Below are positions 12,800-26,300 of a stretch of DNA of 64,000 bases, in pieces. Below the pieces are notes generated by a model. That model was not told the origin of the DNA, did no database searches, and was given only the letters and a program-made list of their open reading frames with translations. Each line of letters starts with the position of its first letter. Positions within the stretch are counted from its first letter, which is position 1. The stretch comes from Phoronis australis (lineage: Eukaryota; Animalia; Phoronida). A program made the translations under genes and the position numbers. Location: NCBI GenBank assembly GCA_002633005.1, contig NMRA01000096.1:886100-950099 (forward strand). Direction: 5' to 3'.

Positions 12800-13370
12800 G
12801 TACAATTGCGGGTTTCCCCGGTTGGCGAAAAGTTACGCGCCTGGCACCAGTTGAGAACCGGATTCTTGCTAGAGTATCGTTTCCGTATATTAGGATTGTC
12901 GGAAGAGCTGCAGCGCATTGGGTCTGATTACGAGATCAATGCTTCTCACCGCTCGTGTATCTTTCTACGTCATTCGTTGGTACATTCATAGGACAAACCT
13001 ATTAAAGAAAACATCAATGGGGGCAGTTAATCACATGGGATGACAAGTGTACCGAGAAGTATATCGCGCGGGAGAAGGTGTTTCGTCGACGGTGCATAGA
13101 CACTTACGTGCGAATGGTCACGAGTTCGATGATGACGTTTTGAAATAGGACAAAAACTGGTTCGAAAAAGGCGTCAAGGAGACTTTTAATCCATCACTCA
13201 ACAGGCTTGGAGGTGGCGGGTTTGTTTTGTCCACCGCTTGGAACGGCACTGTAGATCATATCTCGCAAGAACACAACATCCATTCAGCCATTTCCCTAGA
13301 AGGGAGTGGGACACCCCCGAGATCTTTTTTTTTAGTAAGTATGATGTAGTCCAGCTGAAAGGTTTAATCT
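12800..13370 (+). mobile_element. Degenerate Penelope-like retroelement fragment (GIY-YIG endonuclease C-terminus)
   Basis: From ~13078 the + strand reads GVSSTVHRHLRANGHEFDDDVLK*DKNWFEKGVKETFNPSLNRLGGGG. This resembles the SAVH.HL...GH.F....WFERGVKE...PSLNR.GG motif of Penelope/Poseidon ORFs. Stops and deletions are present. Confidence 0.7.
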
Positions 13371-14201
13371 TTCTCATTACAAATTCAAGTAGTGCAAAAA
13401 TCATTTTGTTTGCTTTTTGCGTGGCTATCTCGAGCAGATGTCACCAGGTCGAAACAAGGAAAACATCGAAACGTTCATCGATAAATCTGAACCTGGCATG
13501 CACAACACGGCGCATTCAGACCATTAAAATCCCCAGATTACAGAAATCATGCCTGAAAAGTGGGTGTCGTCGGATTTATTTTTTTTACAAATCCAATGTG
13601 TCTGAAGGGCACCTGAATTTCTTGCTAAATTTCAACTTCCCGCTTGCAAGCAGTAAAGGTTTAAATAGTGGATCAAGGGGTCAACAACTGGCAATCTTTC
13701 ACAAAGAACAGACTAAAAAATCAAGCAAATGTGTTGGCCATTCGTATCCTTCTCATGCCGTGCAACCGTGACAAAATTTAAAATATCCAGCAAACCCAAC
13801 AGGCGTCAATTTGCGATAAACTGGGGAAAGTACATTCAACAGTTGCCAAAAAAATAACTATTGAGTGTCATAAAGTACTCCTATTGGAGTATACCTTTGG
13901 CGATTTCGCTCACATGAAGACGCTGCGATCAAACACAGATAGAGGCCGGCATGGACGGTAAAACACATCAAGTAGATTCTGCTTCAAATCGTTTGAATAG
14001 GTTCAGATAGACTAAACAACTGTTGTTTTATATATCTAGTTCGCAGCACGTTAATGGCCGGGAGGCAAACACTTCACTCATTTTTTTATTATGCAACGAA
14101 TTCATATATTTTGAGGATGTACAGGGGTCACTTTTTCTGTAGGAACAAAACTGTTTTTCTGGAATAACAAAATGCCTTAACAATTGGATTCTTGTTGCTA
14201 A

Positions 14202-14561
14202 AAGGATACTAAACCTCGTTTTGATGATTTCAACCAATCCTCGTCCTGTCACTTGCTAATGCTTCAGTGACGTCAATCTTGAACGATGAACGCAGGAATC
14301 AACTAAAAACTCACACTCCCTACGTTACTGATCGGATATCATGGTTCTTGATGGGTGGTCTTTAGCCACAGTTGCCGGGTAATTCGCTAAAAACGTAGGT
14401 CACGCTTGCCCGTTTAGCAGACTTTGAAAGGAGTTTTCAAGTTTTCCTCCAAACTTTTAAGGGTTGTCAGGAATTACAAAGCATTATTTTGTATCAGAGA
14501 ATTGGATGGAAAAGTTGCTGTTAATATTTGTTAATAGGCCAAAACCCGGTTTAGTATCCTT
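14202..14561. mobile_element. MITE with TTAA-type target site (Kolobok-like)
   Basis: TIRs AAGGATACTAAACCTCGTTTTG / CAAAACCCGGTTTAGTATCCTT, flanked by CTAA / TTAA. Confidence 0.65.
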
Positions 14562-16902
14562 TTAATTTCAGTTTCTGTGAAGGAGGGAAGCGTCTAGTAG
14601 CAGTTCATAGAGACCTCTCGAGAAGTGACCGATTATTTCTTCAACGACTCAGCTCTAAACCACAGGTTTATGCTTCAGTTGACTGCGGAGACCCTCGCGC
14701 ATTTTCTCTAAACTGTGCGCACAGGGTGACTTTGTGAGCACAATTTGCCAGATCACTCACTTGTCCTTTAAATAACTGTTTTTGAAATTTGTAGATATTT
14801 TCTTAGTTTACAATTTTTAAAAACTGGATTTTGTTATGGTAGAGACATTGCTATTTGTTTCTCAGCGTCAGACTTTTTTCAAAAAAACTAATGTTCAGAG
14901 CTATGAATTATGCATTCGCCGAATTTTGAACGTTCCTGTCTTTTAGTGGGCTTTTGTTTCGTTTTCTACTTTTTTGGAGTTTTTGTTTCTCTGAGAAGTA
15001 CCTTTTTGCCCACTTCGCTAATAGAGTACTCAGTTGCTTGTTGTGGTGCATTAGTTGTCTTCTTGTTATCGTTAAAGATGTATTTGCATGCTCCTAACTA
15101 TGCGTATGTATAGCAGAAACTCAACCACAGTGCTATTTTAACACAATTTACGCTAAACAAAATGCACTCACAACTTGTAAAAGTGAAAACAAAGAAATCT
15201 GCAAATAGGTGACCTTTGCACTAATGACGTACCTCGCGAGTTCACATACCCTGCATCATGCAGTGTTGTTCTCCATTACCTCGTCACGATACTTACTGGA
15301 CACCGTGTGAAGTAGCTTGCGGCGGATTATTTTCGCCACAAAATTCATTCTTAAAACATTTGGCAATGAACTTCATATTCACAATGTCGCTATACTTTGT
15401 GTTTCTAATTTGGCTGAGCAATCACAGAGATAAGGAATTAGCCTGCAAGTTCAACTTTACAGTTTTCACTGAAATTCTTTTCTTAACTCCAATTATTTTA
15501 GGGGAATCGCACTTACCTAATGGTGTGAGTATATTAATCATAGTTGTTCTTGTCTCAGTAGTATACAACAGAAATATTTAACATTCAAATGAATGTTAAT
15601 ATTCTTGTTCCTCGCGAACTTTTTAAGGACGGTTTTCTGATAAAAATATTCTTCGTCTTTTCTGCGCTTACAAGAGAATGACATGAAACACAGACTGGAA
15701 GAATACAAGAAAGATACAGTTACTCTATTTCCATTTTCGTATATTATGACTCTAGTGGATACCACGATTTAGGTGTTTTGTTGCTTAACACTGAATAACT
15801 AAATAATATTCATCATATTGATATCCACATTAACTGGTCCCATTTATTCTTGATTCCCGGATGCAGACTCACCTACCATCACCATTCACTCTCTAACAAT
15901 TTGTACGCTACAGACACAGCTTAGAGCCCTAGTGTTCACACGATTATCTACCCTAATAAACATGGCTAACACTTTTCAACACGTCAAGAGTAAACAAAAT
16001 AAACAATTCTTGTCCAAATTTTACAACCCGTCACCGTAGTAGGCAGGTTGCACTGTGGTCCTCGTAGTCATGGACGATTACTAACTGATTCCGGCCACAG
16101 TGTATTTTTCTGACCCAGAAGTTGTGATTTAGGTCTTTCGGCGGTCTACCAACGCGCGCCAGTTGTTCATTCAAATCCTACTCGATGGATTGAATTCAGG
16201 TCCTAAAATCCGTGAACATTGGTTTTGATGTATACTTAACGGTTTTTCAAAACTTTGTCATGAGTCCCGCCACAGCGTCAGAATGCCCCTCCCCCGGCCT
16301 TTATGACACACGCCATGAAATTTACATGTTGTCGTATGTTTTTGGGCTTCGCCACGTGATTTACACTTATTTCCCCATTCTGCTTCACAGATACGACTAA
16401 AAAACGCCGTCGGGGGTGTTTCTGGGTGTCGCGACGGACATTTGCCCCCTACGGCATGGCCTAGATCCAGGTGTCCACATTTTCATTTTCGAATGTTGGC
16501 AACTTGTTGTATTCGTTCCGCATCCTTATCACAGGCCGTGGTTCGCGTTAATGACCATAGACGAACTCGGATTTGCTGCAATTATTGTTCAAGCAAGTAC
16601 AAATTGTACTGAATTGAAAACCACAAAGTTAAACGTTGGTGTTAAAGGCTTTCATCAAATCTTGCAACAAAAGCAATAGTTTGTCTTTCAATTGTTAGAA
16701 CGAGTACGACCCGAATAGTCCAGCCCGGAAAGGTCTCATTCCCATGCTCAATTTACGTTGAGGTGAAGAAGGACCAGAGACGAACCAATGTCTGATTTGG
16801 TCACAGGACCCCCCACCTCTCGAATCAGCCTCAAAAGTATCCCATTTAACGCGTCTATCGCTAACAGTCTCTCAATAAAATTGCTATTTTCATTTAACAC
16901 AA

Positions 16903-19900
16903 TCAAACTCTAAATTCGTCCACATTTTGATGGTATCCTGTTTCAAGTAAAAATCGCGCAACCTTAGCTCTAGCTTGGTTCAAAGAATCTGCAAACGCAC
17001 ACACAACAACCGGAGGGTACTCATATTTAGCACCGCTTTCCACAAAATCAACCAAATTCATTCGTCCTGGATAAGCAAGTGTTACACCATATGACTTGCT
17101 GAGTGAAACCATTTTCTTTGCTGATCTCCTCAAGGCGTCGCCATTGTATAATAAATATGGTAAAATGGCGAATCCAGAACACTTAGGTGTGAAAGTGCCA
17201 AACATGGTGCCCAGTTTGTCAATCCCGCACGACAAAATAGCGTTCAGGACAAACATGTCGGCACCATACACAGTTTTGGCGAGATCTTTTAAGGCGTTTC
17301 CAGGAGGCCTTGGATTTATCTCAAGAAGCTTCGGACACCCCTCCTCTTCCCACACAAGGTCAACATCATAAATCCCGTTGTGAAGACCCACGGCTCTGCA
17401 GCAAGTGAAAGCGGCCTCAATCAACTCTTCTTGCCTCTCAAGAGGCAGGCATCCCGGCATCGATAGCTCCGTGGCATGAAAGTACGGGACCGGGGCCGGC
17501 CCTCGCTCGGCCACGAATCCTCCAAGGAACTTTCCCTTGGCGATCGCTACGTCGACAGAATATTTCGTTCCCCGTATGTACGGCATTACGACGACCTGAG
17601 GAAAAATAATGCGAATTTTACTGAAAGACATCAAATTTATTTCAGGCTTTTGGAATTGTTTACGACAACCTGGGCGTAAGCTTATCTGGTTAGCGCTACG
17701 AAGTACGAATAGTCCCGAGAGTCGATTGGATTGGTACAATTCTTAGATTTCGGAAACCAAATTTTTGTCTGACAGGATTCGCTAAAACATGATTCTGGTT
17801 CCATTTACGAGTCTAATCCTAGGTCACGTAACAATTATTCATTGAAACCCACAGAGGTTCCCCAAGAGACAGCACGCTTACCCTAAAATGCAAAAGACTG
17901 AAAATGCTTCGTCTTCAAATCCTATACTAAAGCCGAGGGACACATAAATTATAACAGTAATTCATATATATTCATTTATATTTCACTATATCGGATGTGA
18001 AAACGTCCGCAGGTGGATTTCGTGAAAACGTGACTGACTTAACAAATTCCCGGATGTTGGCATGTTTATAATGCTCTCCAAAGTTGAGCCCACGTAGTTG
18101 TCAGAAATACAAACGAAAGTGTGACGATCCTGAAAAGTTTGGGAATGGCATAATTACAGCAACTCTTTGATAATTTAGTAAATATGTTTCAAAAAGTATT
18201 GGCTTAAAATACACCTTGCTCTCCTGTACACATACTTGGAGAACGCACGTGAATTGGTTTGTTTACTCTGATCAAAACTAAATATTCAAGAAAACACAAA
18301 ATAAATTTTCGGACTGGTTGAATTTCCAAAATTTTATTATTCCAATCTGACAATACGAAGCATATACAAGGGTTGGCAATGATTCAATGACCGCGTCTCC
18401 CAACTACGATCCCCAGAACCTGGACCATCAGATATCAAACCTGCTGCAAAAATTCCCATCCCCCCGCCTCTCAATTCCAAGCACATAGATGTGTATTCTG
18501 GTTTGACACCCAATATCGATAAAACTGTTTGTATATGGATTGGTTCTAAGATATGTTGTGGTGATAGGCTTTGTTGTAAAAAGATTTAAAATGGGAAAGT
18601 TCTCAGTTCACATCTCTTGGAATTACCTTCTCTGTCAACTTACAGGACATGATTCACTTAAACTACGATGTAAAATTAAATGAGGTTAGAAAAGGCATTG
18701 GAAATTGGTCAAAAAGAAATTTGTCTACCTTTGGTAAGATAACGGTTGTCAAACCTTTCTTATTACCAAAACTGATTCACCTCTTTTACACACTTCCTCT
18801 TCCAAGTGCTACATTTTTAAAGGACATTGAAAAACTATTCTTTAATTTTATATGGGGTACCTCTTCTGATAGAATCTCTAGAAAAACCATGGTGCAGAAA
18901 TCTGAAGTAGGAGGTGGGACTATGGTTCATATTGCGTCATTTGTCAAAGCTATTAAACTGACTTGGATTCGAAGATTCTTGAAAAATTATTATAACATTA
19001 CTTCTCTTTGGCTAAATATTTTATGTGAAATTATTCCTAATATAAAAAATGACTCTTTTCAGTTAGGTTCTTGTTTTTTCCTTGAAGTATCTAACCGTAC
19101 TAAGAATATTTTTTGGAAGGATATTTTTGATATCTCATACGAATTTATCAATCTTTGTGAGATAGAGGATCCTTTGTACCGACCTTTGTGGTATAACCCC
19201 AAAATTTGTATAGACAGTAATCCAATTTTTTGAAACGAGTGGTTTCAAAAGGGTATACGGTACGTATACGATTTCATTGACCCTGATAAGAGATATATTT
19301 ATGATTATCATACCTTTTGTACACGTTTTCAATTTTGTCCTTGTATTACTCATTTTTATGGAATTCGAAGTTCAATACTTCGTTCTTGGAATCATCTAAG
19401 AGACAAGAGTACTATAGTCACTCCACTTTTTCCACAACATATTTTTCGAATCTCCTCGGAAAATAAAGGGACTGGGAAAATCTATGAAGTATTTATTTCT
19501 AAATTATATGTAAAACCTGTCGCAGAATTGAAGTGGGAGAGAGAAATTAACTTATGCGATGATACTCAATCTTGGAAAAAATTCATTCTGTAATTTATCA
19601 TTGTACTTCTGATGTCAGACTCAGATGGTTTCAATTCCGTATCAACCACAGAATTATTGGTACAAACTCTTATTTAAAGAAAATAGGTGTTAGTGAATCG
19701 TCTTTATGTTCTTTCTGTGAGCAACATGAAGAAACAATTCTACATTTGTATTGGGAATGTTCACTTGTTCAGAAGTTTTGGGGATGTTTAAGAACATGGA
19801 TGATAAATCAGTGCAATTTCTCTCTGCAGTTAAATATGTCTTCCGCCTTGTTTGGAGACCAGCCTGTAGATTAGAAGTTGTAAATTTAATTCTTTGCTTA

Positions 19901-21782
19901 GCGAAATTCCATTTATATAGACAAAGATTACAAAAGACTAAGCCCAATTTTCAGTCATTTTTACGTGAGGTATGTGATTACTACAACCTGGAAAACATTA
20001 TTTACAATGATAAATTGGATCTTGAGAGATTCCAGGCAAGGTGGTCTTTTTTTGCCTAACTAGCTTTTATAGGGTCCGATAATGTTCGTAATTTGTTTGA
20101 TGTACACTAAACTAGATGTCATATTGTCGCACAACTATGTACTGGTTGGTTGAGTTAATAAATGTCTCTGAAAAAAAAAAATAATAATAAAAATAAAAAA
20201 ACGTAGATGAGTCAGGTGGGCAATCTCCCCCGGGGCAGGCATCAGGTATCGTTTACATGCACCTTGAAAACAGGAGAACGTTAGCATACATCCGGCTAAA
20301 AGTCCTGATTTGGCTCAAAGTACAGCTGTGTTTGTTTTCGTACCGCACAAGGATTATCCAAAAAGAAACAGAAATCATTGTTTCACAGGAATTACAGAAA
20401 ATGAGAATACTAAGAGATACAAATGAGACCGAACCCTGGTATGGTAAAAAATCTGATCAACTGGCCTCGTTTTGAAGTTGTTCACCAGATATAATAATGC
20501 TGGATGCTAGACAGAAAATGTGCGAGACTACCTCCCGGAATATTGAAGTGCCATCGCACATTCTGCGGGATTTACGTCAGGCGTCTGTAGTCGGGCTTTC
20601 GCAATTCTGATACCAATAAAATTTTCTGCAACATATAGAGGGGAAAGGCAACCATCAAAGCCTTTGAAAAGCTGATCGAGGAGCGATAAATCGTTGTTCA
20701 TTTGTCGGACTTGGCTTCTTATTCTTTCGAAAGACGTTGCTTGGGTGCCGGTGGGCGACCAGTCGCCAGCCGTGTATGCGACGTCTTTCATGAATGATCC
20801 GTCCTACCATTCAAAAACTTCTGGGTCAAACATAATATTTTTCTACCTCTGCGAAAATGGAAGAGATGAATCCAGGATATGGGAATTTAAACTCCTTTTC
20901 TGTTTCGAAAATTACAAATCCTTTGATGTTTCGCCAATTCTAAAAGGAGGTCAAGTGACGTCACCAATAACAGCCCTTTTCCTGTCTTTATATACATCCT
21001 TTCATGCCAAGGTAAGCACGAGGCATGAGCCACAAGGAGGAGGAAAGATGCATGTCTCAAGTTGGTGAATATACGACTGAAGAGCTGTCGAATAGTCAGG
21101 AAATCATTTAATTCGTACCAATTGTCATATTCATTTGGATTACTACTAAAATTCGGGCAACATCCGTAATCGCCGATTCTTGACACTTTTAATCAGTTTT
21201 TGACTACTGAATTCCGTGCTATTCGAGCTCAGTTCCATAAATACTAGTTCTGTCGCAGGACCCACCTTTATCACAAAGCGGCTTCGTGCATCGCCCAGCG
21301 TTCGAAATACACACTGGTCCAGTGGCCTGGGGCTAGTGGATTTGCGGCCGGGTCAGTTAACTTTCACATATAGGCCCTATGTGGACGTGGTCTCATATTC
21401 AAGTAACTGGCCCGCGGGCCAGCACATTTGTCGACCACTGGCATCGTCACAAACTGGACAATAAAATTTTCAAAATTCTACTTATTCTCACAAATATGAA
21501 AATGTATCAATACCGGGCAATTTGTTGTCGTAATAAAAAACGAACATAAAAAACGGTACTTACTTCATGTGAGTACACTATTTTTTGACAGAATTCGCCA
21601 CCGCTTTTCATATCTCTCGTGAGATTCACCAGATGTCGCTCACAATCGCTCGCATTGTTCAGCAACTTACATCCGCTGGACCCACCGCCGTAGGACGGCT
21701 TCATGATGACCGGGAAGGATAAGTGGTGAAGGGCGCCCAGCAGCTCTTCTTTGCTTGTCACAGCATAGGTTTGCACTCCATG
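16903..21782 (-). CDS. Second copy of exons 3-4 of the CARNS1-like ATP-grasp gene (probably an allelic assembly duplicate)
   Basis: Exons 21564-21782 and 16903-17595 have the same splice sites and translation as 26404-26622 and 23388-24080. There are no exons 1-2 specific to this copy. Confidence 0.7.
18495..20200 (+). mobile_element. 5'-truncated L1/Tx1-clade LINE (ORF2 C-terminal part, disrupted)
   Basis: ORF pieces NWSKRNLSTFGKITVVKPFLLPKLIHLF...FFNFIWG...GGG.MVHI and LRWFQFRINHRIIGTNSYLKKIG...CSFCEQHEETILHLYWEC (CCHC zinc knuckle). It has an internal stop (~19231) and frameshifts, AATAAA at 20157, an A-rich tail at 20171-20200 and an imperfect TSD ACATAGATGTGT / ACGTAGATGAGT. It is absent from the other copy (empty site ~24959-24990). 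Confidence 0.92.
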
Positions 21783-23387
21783 CTGAAGAAATTGTAATCA
21801 TGAGAGTAGAGCCGTCAACGGTTAGTAATTGAATTTAAAAATTACTTTGTAATGTACCTCTTTTAAAACAATGTGGGTGGAGAACTAACAGTAGATTCCA
21901 AGGCTTCTTCTTTCGCCCAGACATTCTGCATACACTATTAACAGGAATTTCCGATAAAGTGACCATCAACAGAAAACGCCCATATGTGTTTCTTTTTTCG
22001 GAAACCAATGGCTACTTGAGATGTTTAGAATTCATTCCCCCAAAAATGTTTGCCATTAACTTTTTCATTTTGTTGTCCTTAAAAGGACCGCTGCTTTTGT
22101 GCATAAATTGATCAATTTTGGGTTGAAAAGTGACGCTTCGGGACCGTTCACAGTTATCCTTATTTTCACAAGTGTGTATACCGTACGCTTTAGGGAGGGC
22201 GGACTTGGCTACTACAGCGCGTCTTGACGTTATAAAAATAGCCATGCCAAAAAAACAAAAGGTTTTATAATTACTTTTTCACATCGTAAAAACATAATGA
22301 AACAAATAACAGCAGAGTTTTCGCCAAGAACCAACCAGGCCTGCAGGGTGTACGACGTTTCGCAAGACTACATTTGTACGGCGTTACTCGTCAGTGACCA
22401 TCACTCACGGTCGCGAAAGCCACCGAATTTAATTAGTCTTTTTTACTGTCTCAATCGGTCTATATCCGTATCACCTTGTAAACAGTCGATCTTACCTCGC
22501 CGAGATGTATCGCGTTAACCTGTGGGGAAGGTGAGAAACGAAGCAGTGACGTCAGTGGTTCTTCGGCAGAGTGAGTGCCGCTATGGTGTGGTGTAATGTT
22601 CCGGCTTGTGCGAACTATGAAGCTGCAAGGAAAGCGGGTATTCGTTTTTTCGATTTCCTCGAGAGCCCATAATGCTTCGGAAGTAACTCGCGGTAGTGAA
22701 GTATGAAAACTACGCCGTTAATACCAAGTATGAGGCCGTAAAACTTCTCCGCGTGTCTGTCAGTGGCTTGCACTTCGTCGGATCGATTGTTGATCCGTTT
22801 TTGATTATGGAGAATTGTAGTTGGCCAAGAAAACATATGCAATTACAATTAATTCAAGGCGCGAGAATATAACGTTTTATATAACTTGTTTGATGACTGG
22901 CTCGTTCGTTAGGCTTCTGTTTGGTCCCGGCTTCGGGTGTAGGATGTTTTCGCCACTTCTTTTTCTCACCCATAAAAAACGTACGTCGTAAGCACACTTT
23001 TTTAGGTGCTGTGCAAAATCAGGATGGTCCGTGAGACACATCTGCGCTTCTCCAGGAATTCGCATCACTTGCGGAAGTTCGAGGCAGCAAACGGAAGCGT
23101 CATGAGTTAGCTCACTGACACCATGACAAGTTCAAGCGGTTCTGTTGTCTGTGCACGCTCGCGGAACCTCTCTATTATTTCTTGCGGTAAATTGGCCCTA
23201 GGCCTAGCGAACTTTGTAGGCTACGGTACGTTAAAATACCTAAAATCCGTAACAGCAAANAGAGACGAACCAATGTCTGATTTGGTCACAGGACCCCCCA
23301 CCTCTCGAATCAGCCTCAAAAGTATCCCATTTAACGCGTCTATCGCTAACAGTCTCTCAATAAAATTGCTATTTTCATTTAACACAA

Positions 23388-26300
23388 TCAAACTCTAAAT
23401 TCGTCCACATTTTGATGGTATCCTGTTTCAAGTAAAAATCGCGCAACCTTAGCTCTAGCTTGGTTCAAAGAATCTGCAAACGCACACACAACAACCGGAG
23501 GGTACTCATATTTAGCACCGCTTTCCACAAAATCAACCAAATTCATTCGTCCTGGATAAGCAAGTGTTACACCATATGACTTGCTGAGTGAAACCATTTT
23601 CTTTGCTGATCTCCTCAAGGCGTCGCCATTGTATAATAAATATGGTAAAATGGCGAATCCAGAACACTTAGGTGTGAAAGTGCCAAACATGGTGCCCAGT
23701 TTGTCAATCCCGCACGACAAAATAGCGTTCAGGACAAACATGTCGGCACCATACACAGTTTTGGCGAGATCTTTTAAGGCGTTTCCAGGAGGCCTTGGAT
23801 TTATCTCAAGAAGCTTCGGACACCCCTCCTCTTCCCACACAAGGTCAACATCATAAATCCCGTTGTGAAGACCCACGGCTCTGCAGCAAGTGAAAGCGGC
23901 CTCAATCAACTCTTCTTGCCTCTCAAGAGGCAGGCATCCCGGCATCGATAGCTCCGTGGCATGAAAGTACGGGACCGGGGCCGGCCCTCGCTCGGCCACG
24001 AATCCTCCAAGGAACTTTCCCTTGGCGATCGCTACGTCGACAGAATATTTCGTTCCCCGTATGTACGGCATTACGACGACCTGAGGAAAAATAATGCGAA
24101 TTTTATTGAAAAACATCAAATTTATTTCAGGCTTTTGGAATTGTTTACGACAACCTGGGCGTCAGCCTATCTGGTTAGCGCTACGAAGTACGAATAGTCC
24201 CGAGAATCGATTGGATTGGTACAATTCTTAGATTTCGGAAACCTATTTTTTTGTCTGACAGGATTCGCTAAAACATGATTCTGGTTCCATTTACGAGTCT
24301 AATCCTAGGTCACGTAACAATTATTCATTGAAACCCACAGAGGTTCCCCGAGAGACAGCACGCTTACCCTGAGACTGAAAATGCTTCGTCTTCAAATCCT
24401 ATACTAAAGTCGAGGGACACATAAATTATAACAGTAATTCATATATATTCATTTATATTTCACTATATCGGATGTGAAAACGTCCGCAGGTGGATTTCGT
24501 GAAAACGTGACTAACTTTGCAAATTCCCGGATGTTGGCATGTTTATAATGCTCTCCAAAGTTGAGCCCACAGAGTTGTCAGAAATACAAACGAAAGTGTG
24601 ACGATCCTGAAAAGTTTGGGAATGACATAATTACAGCAACTCTTTGATAATTTGGTAAATATGTTTCAGAAAGTATTGGCTTAAATTACACCTTGCTCTC
24701 CTGTACGCATACTTGGAGAACGCACGTGAATTGGTTTGTTTACTCTGATCGAAACTAAATATTCAAGAAAACACAAAATAAATTTTCGGATTGGTTGAAT
24801 TTCCAAAATTTTATTATTCCAATCTGACAATACGAAGCATATACAAGGGTTGGCAAAGATTCAATGACCGCGTCTCCCAACTACGATCCCCAGAACCTGG
24901 ACCATCAAATATCAAACCTGCTGCAAAAATTCCCATCCCCCCGCCTCTCAATTCCAAGCACATAGATGTGTCAGGCAGAGAGTCAGGTGGGCAATCTCCC
25001 CCGGGGCACGTATCATGTATCGTTTACATGCACCTTGAAAACAGGAGAACTTTAGCGTACATCCGGCTAAAAGTCCTGATTTGGCTCAAAGTACAGCTGT
25101 GTTTGTTTTCGTACCGCACAAAGAGGATTATCCAAAAAGAAACAGAAATCATTGTTTCACAGGAATTACAGAAAATGAGAATACTAAGAGATACAAATCA
25201 GATCGAACCCTGGTATGGTAAAAAATCTGATCAACTGGCCTCGTTTTGAAGTTGTTCACCAGATACAATAATGCTGGATGCTAGACAGAAAATGTGCGAG
25301 ACTACCTCCGGCGGAATATTGCAGCGCCATCGCACATTCTGCGGGATTTACGTCAGGCGTCTGTAGTCGGGCACTTGCCGCACAGCCGTGTACACTGCAA
25401 CCGGGCTTTAATATTAGAGATGTTTTCGCCATTCTGATGCCAATAAAATTTTCTGCAACATATAGAGGGGAAAGGCAAACATCAAAGCCTTTGAAAAGCT
25501 GATCGAGGAACGATAAATCGTTGTTCATTTGTCGGACTTAGCTTCTTATTCTTTCGAAAGACGTTGCTTGGGTGCCGGTGGGCGACCAGTCGCCAGCTGT
25601 GTATGCGACGTCTTTCATGAAATTGATCCGTCCTATCTTTCAAAAACTTCTGGGTCAAACATAATATTTTTCTACCTCCGCGAAAATGGAAGAGATGAAT
25701 CCAGGATATGGGAATTTAAACTCTTTTTCTGTTTCGAAATTACAAATCCTTTGATGTTTCGCCAATTCCCAAAGGAGGTCAAGTGACGTCACCAATGACA
25801 GCCCTTTTCCTGTCTTTATATACATCCTTTCATGCCAAGGTAAGCACGAGGCATGAGCCACAAGGGGGAGGAAAGATGCATGTCTCAAGTTGGTGAATAT
25901 ACGCGGACTGAAGGAGCTGTCGAATAGTCAGGAAACCATTTAATTCGTACCAATTGTCATATTCATTTGATTACTACTAAAATTCGGGCAACATCCGTAA
26001 TCGCCGATTCTTGACACTTTCAATCAATTTTTGATTAATTCCGTGCTATTCGAATTCAGTTCCATAAATACTCTGTCGCAGGACCCACCTTTATCACAAA
26101 GCGGCTTCGTGCATCGCCCAGCGTTCGAAATACACACGGCACTGGTCCAGTGGCCTGGGGCTAGTGGATTTGCGGCCGGATCAGTTAACTTTCACATATA
26201 GGCCCTATGTGGACGTGGTCTCATATTCAAGTAACTGGCCCCGCGGGCCAGCACATTTATTTGCTGAAGGTCGGCCACTGGCGTCGTCACAAACTGGACG

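Noticed and set aside
16903-17739. 278-aa ORF as an intronless, horizontally acquired bacterial ATP-grasp gene
   Set aside because: It is a terminal exon with a clear acceptor at 17595, joined to upstream spliceosomal exons, and resembles animal CARNS1.
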